Source of the DNA: Naegleria gruberi | Taxonomy: Eukaryota | NCBI GenBank assembly: GCA_000004985.1 | Contig: GG739363.1 | Length of the DNA stretch: 1,635 nucleotides | Strand: one strand, 5' to 3' | Shown: piece after piece, positions 1 through 1,635 of the stretch | Layout: each line of letters opens with the position of its first letter | How positions within the stretch are numbered: position 1 is the stretch's first letter | The notes under the pieces: generated by a model | The model's input: only the letters and a program-made list of their open reading frames with translations | Databases searched by the model: none | What the model was told of the DNA's origin: nothing | Made by a program: the position numbers and the translations under genes

Positions 1-30
1 GTTGGGTGATAACGGTTAAACATGCCAAAG

Positions 31-511
31 CGTTCTATCAACTCTAAGAATCATCCACTCTTCCAACTTCACACTCACAGAGCTACTTCAAGAAGATCTA
101 GTTTCTCTATTGTTGGTGACGAAAGTGATTCACCTTGTGTTCCAGATCACTCTGTCATTTCCTATTTCAATACTCCAGCTGTTAGATCAGCCATTGGTGC
201 TACTCATATTGGTAATCCAAATGGATGGCAAGTTTGTTCAACCTTCATTAATTACACCACCATCTATACTACCATGTTGCCATTCTATACCAAGTTGCTT
301 CCTCAAATTAGAATTCTTGTTTATTCTGGTGATGTTGATACTGTTTTGAATACTTTGGGTACTCAAGCTGGTATTAACAAGTTGGGATTGACTGTCTCTG
401 TTCCATACTCTCAATGGTTGCACAATGATGTTAACGGTAATCCAGTCGTTGATGGTTTCTATAAGAAGTATTCTAATGGTAGAGGTTTGACCTTTGTTAC
501 TGTTCGTGGTG
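31..511 (+). CDS. Serine carboxypeptidase (peptidase family S10, carboxypeptidase Y/cathepsin A-like); internal exon encoding the C-terminal region. The 5' boundary is unresolved. The ATG at 22 is not the true start, and in-frame stops at 7-12 imply an upstream intron with acceptor AG at 29-30 or 47-48. The exon ends at g511, phase 1.
   Basis: Frame +1 is open from 13 to 511 and shows codon bias (ggt, gtt, tct, cca, caa, aga, ttg, aag). The translation contains S10 hallmarks: ...SPCVPDHSVISYFNTPAVRSAIGA... aligns with the CPY C-x(7)-YLNxxxVxxALxA block, ILVYSGDVDTV is the GD-x-D block (gat 331-333 / gat 337-339) carrying the catalytic Asp, and ...GLTFVTVRG runs into the GHMVP motif once the intron is removed. 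A GTAAGT donor begins at 512. Confidence 0.85.
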
Positions 512-569
512 GTAAGTTTTTTTAAATGTAGTATTCAACATAATCATTACAATAACATTTCAATAATAG
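512..569 (+). other. Spliceosomal intron (58 nt, phase 1) in the carboxypeptidase gene. Donor GTAAGT at 512-517, acceptor AG at 568-569, possible branch 'aataac' about 13 nt before the AG.
   Basis: Splicing g511 to c570 creates the codon GCT (Ala) and restores the S10 consensus VRG-A-GHMVP exactly. Unspliced, the frame reads RGGKFF-stop (taa 523-525). There is no TACTAAC box. Confidence 0.85.
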
Positions 570-646
570 CTGGTCACATGGTTCCTCAAACAAGAGCTGC
601 TTCTGCCTTGAGAATGCTTACAAACTTTTTGAATGACAAGTGGTAA
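570..646 (+). CDS. Serine carboxypeptidase S10, terminal exon: (A)GHMVPQTRAASALRMLTNFLNDKW*. The catalytic His codon is cac 575-577 and the stop is taa 644-646.
   Basis: GHMVP is the signature catalytic-His motif of S10 carboxypeptidases (compare CPY ...FNGGHMVPFDVP..., wheat CPD-WII ...VRGAGHEVP...). The frame continues from exon 1 only via the 512..569 intron. The C-terminal tail ...ALxMxxxFL... is typical of the family. Confidence 0.88.
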
Positions 647-673
647 ATTCCAAATATTACAATTATTTCAGTA

Positions 674-679
674 AATAAA
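674..679 (+). promoter_or_regulatory. Canonical AATAAA polyadenylation signal for the carboxypeptidase gene, 28 nt after its stop codon. It lies only ~30 nt upstream of the next gene's ATG.
   Basis: The exact hexamer aataaa at 674-679 sits in the A/T-rich 61-nt spacer between taa(644-646) and atg(708-710). Confidence 0.5.
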
Positions 680-707
680 ATTAGAAAAAAATATAATAAT
701 TGAAACA

Positions 708-1222
708 ATGAAAAAATATCGAATAGAAAGTGAAACACTCATCCTACTGAGAAAGTTATTTATCGAGCAAGCTCTCCAACAAGAGAATGAACTGGGAGGT
801 GTTTTCGATTTTACATCATCAATTGATAGAAAAATAGTTTCGGAAGAGAAAAACAATGAACAGAATTCTATTATTACAACAAGTAGTAGTGATGAAAGTG
901 ATAAAGAAGGGGTGGAGAATGAAAATCATCATAAACGTAAATTAACAAGAAGAATTCGGAAAGAAGAAAAAACTTGTAAAAAAAAGAAAATTAATGATCA
1001 TGATGAAACTCCATCGGAAATAGATGAAGAAGTAATAATTCTAACGATACAAAAGCAATTAGATGAAGAACAAGCATCTTCATCAATTAGGAAGGGAAGG
1101 AGACAATTGGATTATACACTATGTGAGGTTCATGATGATGTTCCGTATACTTTTCATTGTCATCCGATTGAAATTGATAGAAAGACTAAACTTCCTATTA
1201 ATATGGCCAATTTAATATCAAG
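708..1222 (+). CDS. Exon 1 of an uncharacterised, probably nuclear protein. Residues 1-35 are an amphipathic N-terminus. An acidic Ser/Glu-rich stretch follows (...NNEQNSIITTSSSDESDKEGVENEN...), then a strongly basic NLS-like block (HHKRKLTRRIRKEEKTCKKKK), then a Cys/His cluster (LCEVHDDVPYTFHCHP). The exon ends after ag at 1221-1222, phase 2.
   Basis: A 515-nt open frame starts at an ATG with A at -3 (aaacaATGa) and has an upstream in-frame stop taa 672-674. It is AT-rich but stop-free for 171 codons. A consensus AAG|GTAATT donor sits at 1223 and the frame continues after a 66-nt intron. Confidence 0.72.
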
Positions 1223-1288
1223 GTAATTAATTCAAATTAATTTAAATAATTATTTAATTATTTAATAATATTAATTTTGATATTATAG
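1223..1288 (+). other. Spliceosomal intron (66 nt, a multiple of 3). Donor GTAATT at 1223-1228, acceptor tatAG at 1287-1288. It is essentially pure A/T low-complexity sequence (aattaatt / taatta palindromic units). The in-frame stop taa 1224-1226 overlaps the donor.
   Basis: Without splicing the ORF stops at 1226 (...NLISR*). Joining 1222 to 1289 gives ...NLIS-S-EDMIGVV... and a frame that stays open for 115 more codons to the window end. Between exons the composition falls to near-zero G+C. Confidence 0.72.
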
Positions 1289-1635
1289 TGAGGATATGAT
1301 CGGAGTTGTACAAGATCACATCGATAATGTGGGATATCTATCAAATTGTCAAGGAAAATTACTATTTGATATTCTATTGTGTCCAGTTGGAATATTCGTC
1401 TATAGTGCCACAAATGCCATCACTGAAAAGTGGGTTGAAATGGAAGAGGCAATGCCTTACAATCAAAAGAATAGGAAATTAATGAAATTATTGGATCCAT
1501 TATCAGATTGTTCGAATAATGAAAATTTTGAAAAACAATTGAAACACTTAATACACACTACACTCAATGAGGATAATCCATTCTGGGCAACTGAGGAAAA
1601 TGCATTAATGAATGAAGGGTTTAATGCATATATTG
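1289..1635 (+). CDS. Exon 2 (3'-partial, running off the window) of the same uncharacterised protein: SEDMIGVVQDHIDNVGYLSNCQGKLLFDILLCPVGIFVYSATNAITEKWVEMEEAMPYNQKNRKLMKLLDPLSDCSNNENFEKQLKHLIHTTLNEDNPFWATEENALMNEGFNAYI...
   Basis: After the AG at 1288, the frame in phase with exon 1 has no stop for 347 nt in ~30% GC DNA, which is very unlikely by chance. The other two frames contain multiple stops. Hydrophobic and charged residues alternate as expected for a folded domain. Confidence 0.7.

Noticed and set aside
110-349. 79-aa + strand ORF in an alternative frame (MLVTKVIHLVFQITLSFPISILQLL...)
   Set aside because: It lies entirely within the well-supported carboxypeptidase exon. Its hydrophobic, L/I/F-rich composition is the usual artefact of reading a T-rich codon-biased gene out of frame. 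It has no sensible start context or homology.
238-423. 61-aa minus-strand ORF
   Set aside because: It is antisense to the conserved carboxypeptidase exon, low-complexity, and shows no codon bias. It is a chance ORF.
22-525. The ORF-track 167-aa ORF taken at face value, with ATG 22 as start and taa 523 as stop
   Set aside because: Met22 lies in the middle of the S10 fold, so the enzyme needs several hundred upstream residues. The C-terminal ...GGKFF* is an intron read-through. The real product continues via splicing to GHMVP...NDKW*.
668-856. 62-aa minus-strand ORF overlapping the intergenic spacer and start of gene 2
   Set aside because: It is antisense to the gene 2 N-terminus and the translation (FFSSETIFLSIDD... 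IIIFFSNFIY) is typical of AT-rich chance ORFs. No support.
958-1000. Poly-A/purine-rich tract (gaagaaaaaacttgtaaaaaaaagaaaatt) as a possible regulatory or slippery element
   Set aside because: It lies in frame within gene 2 and simply encodes the Lys/Glu-rich NLS-like block (KEEKTCKKKKIN). No independent signal.
1229-1285. Possible tandem or inverted repeat / mobile-element remnant (aattaatt, ttaattatttaataatattaatt)
   Set aside because: It is fully explained as A/T low-complexity intron sequence, bounded exactly by GT...AG with frame-preserving splicing. There are no target-site duplications, terminal inverted repeats with a unique core, or coding capacity.
1-1635. Prokaryotic interpretation (operon of two ORFs, RBS, rho-independent terminator, CRISPR array, defence system)
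   Set aside because: There are no Shine-Dalgarno motifs before either ATG and no GC-rich hairpin/T-tract terminators. Two ORFs require GT-AG intron removal to restore a conserved eukaryotic enzyme motif and a long open frame. AATAAA and the S10 carboxypeptidase (predominantly eukaryotic, vacuolar/lysosomal) fit a eukaryotic nuclear locus.

Overview
This window is eukaryotic, not prokaryotic. It is AT-rich, has two short spliceosomal introns with canonical GTAAGT/GTAATT...AG boundaries, an AATAAA poly(A) signal and ATG contexts of the aaaaATG type. Two + strand genes sit in tandem 61 nt apart. Gene 1 (about 31..511 and 570..646) is the C-terminal ~190 aa of a family S10 serine carboxypeptidase (CPY/cathepsin A-like). 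Its GD-x-D Asp motif and the diagnostic VRG|AGHMVP catalytic-His motif are recognisable, and the His motif is only restored by removing a 58-nt phase-1 intron (512..569). Gene 2 (708..1222 and 1289..1635, running off the window end) encodes an unrecognised protein that is probably nuclear: a Ser/Glu-rich acidic stretch, a strongly basic NLS-like block, a Cys/His cluster and a C-terminal domain I cannot place. It is interrupted by a 66-nt, almost pure A/T, in-frame intron whose donor carries a stop codon. No RNA genes, mobile elements, CRISPR arrays or bacterial-type signals are present. The most plausible source is a compact, AT-rich lower eukaryote. The codon bias of gene 1 is yeast-like, but both introns lack the Saccharomycotina TACTAAC branch box, which argues for a fission-yeast/Taphrinomycotina-like or amoebozoan genome rather than a budding yeast. 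I could not run any searches, so all homology statements come from motif recognition.
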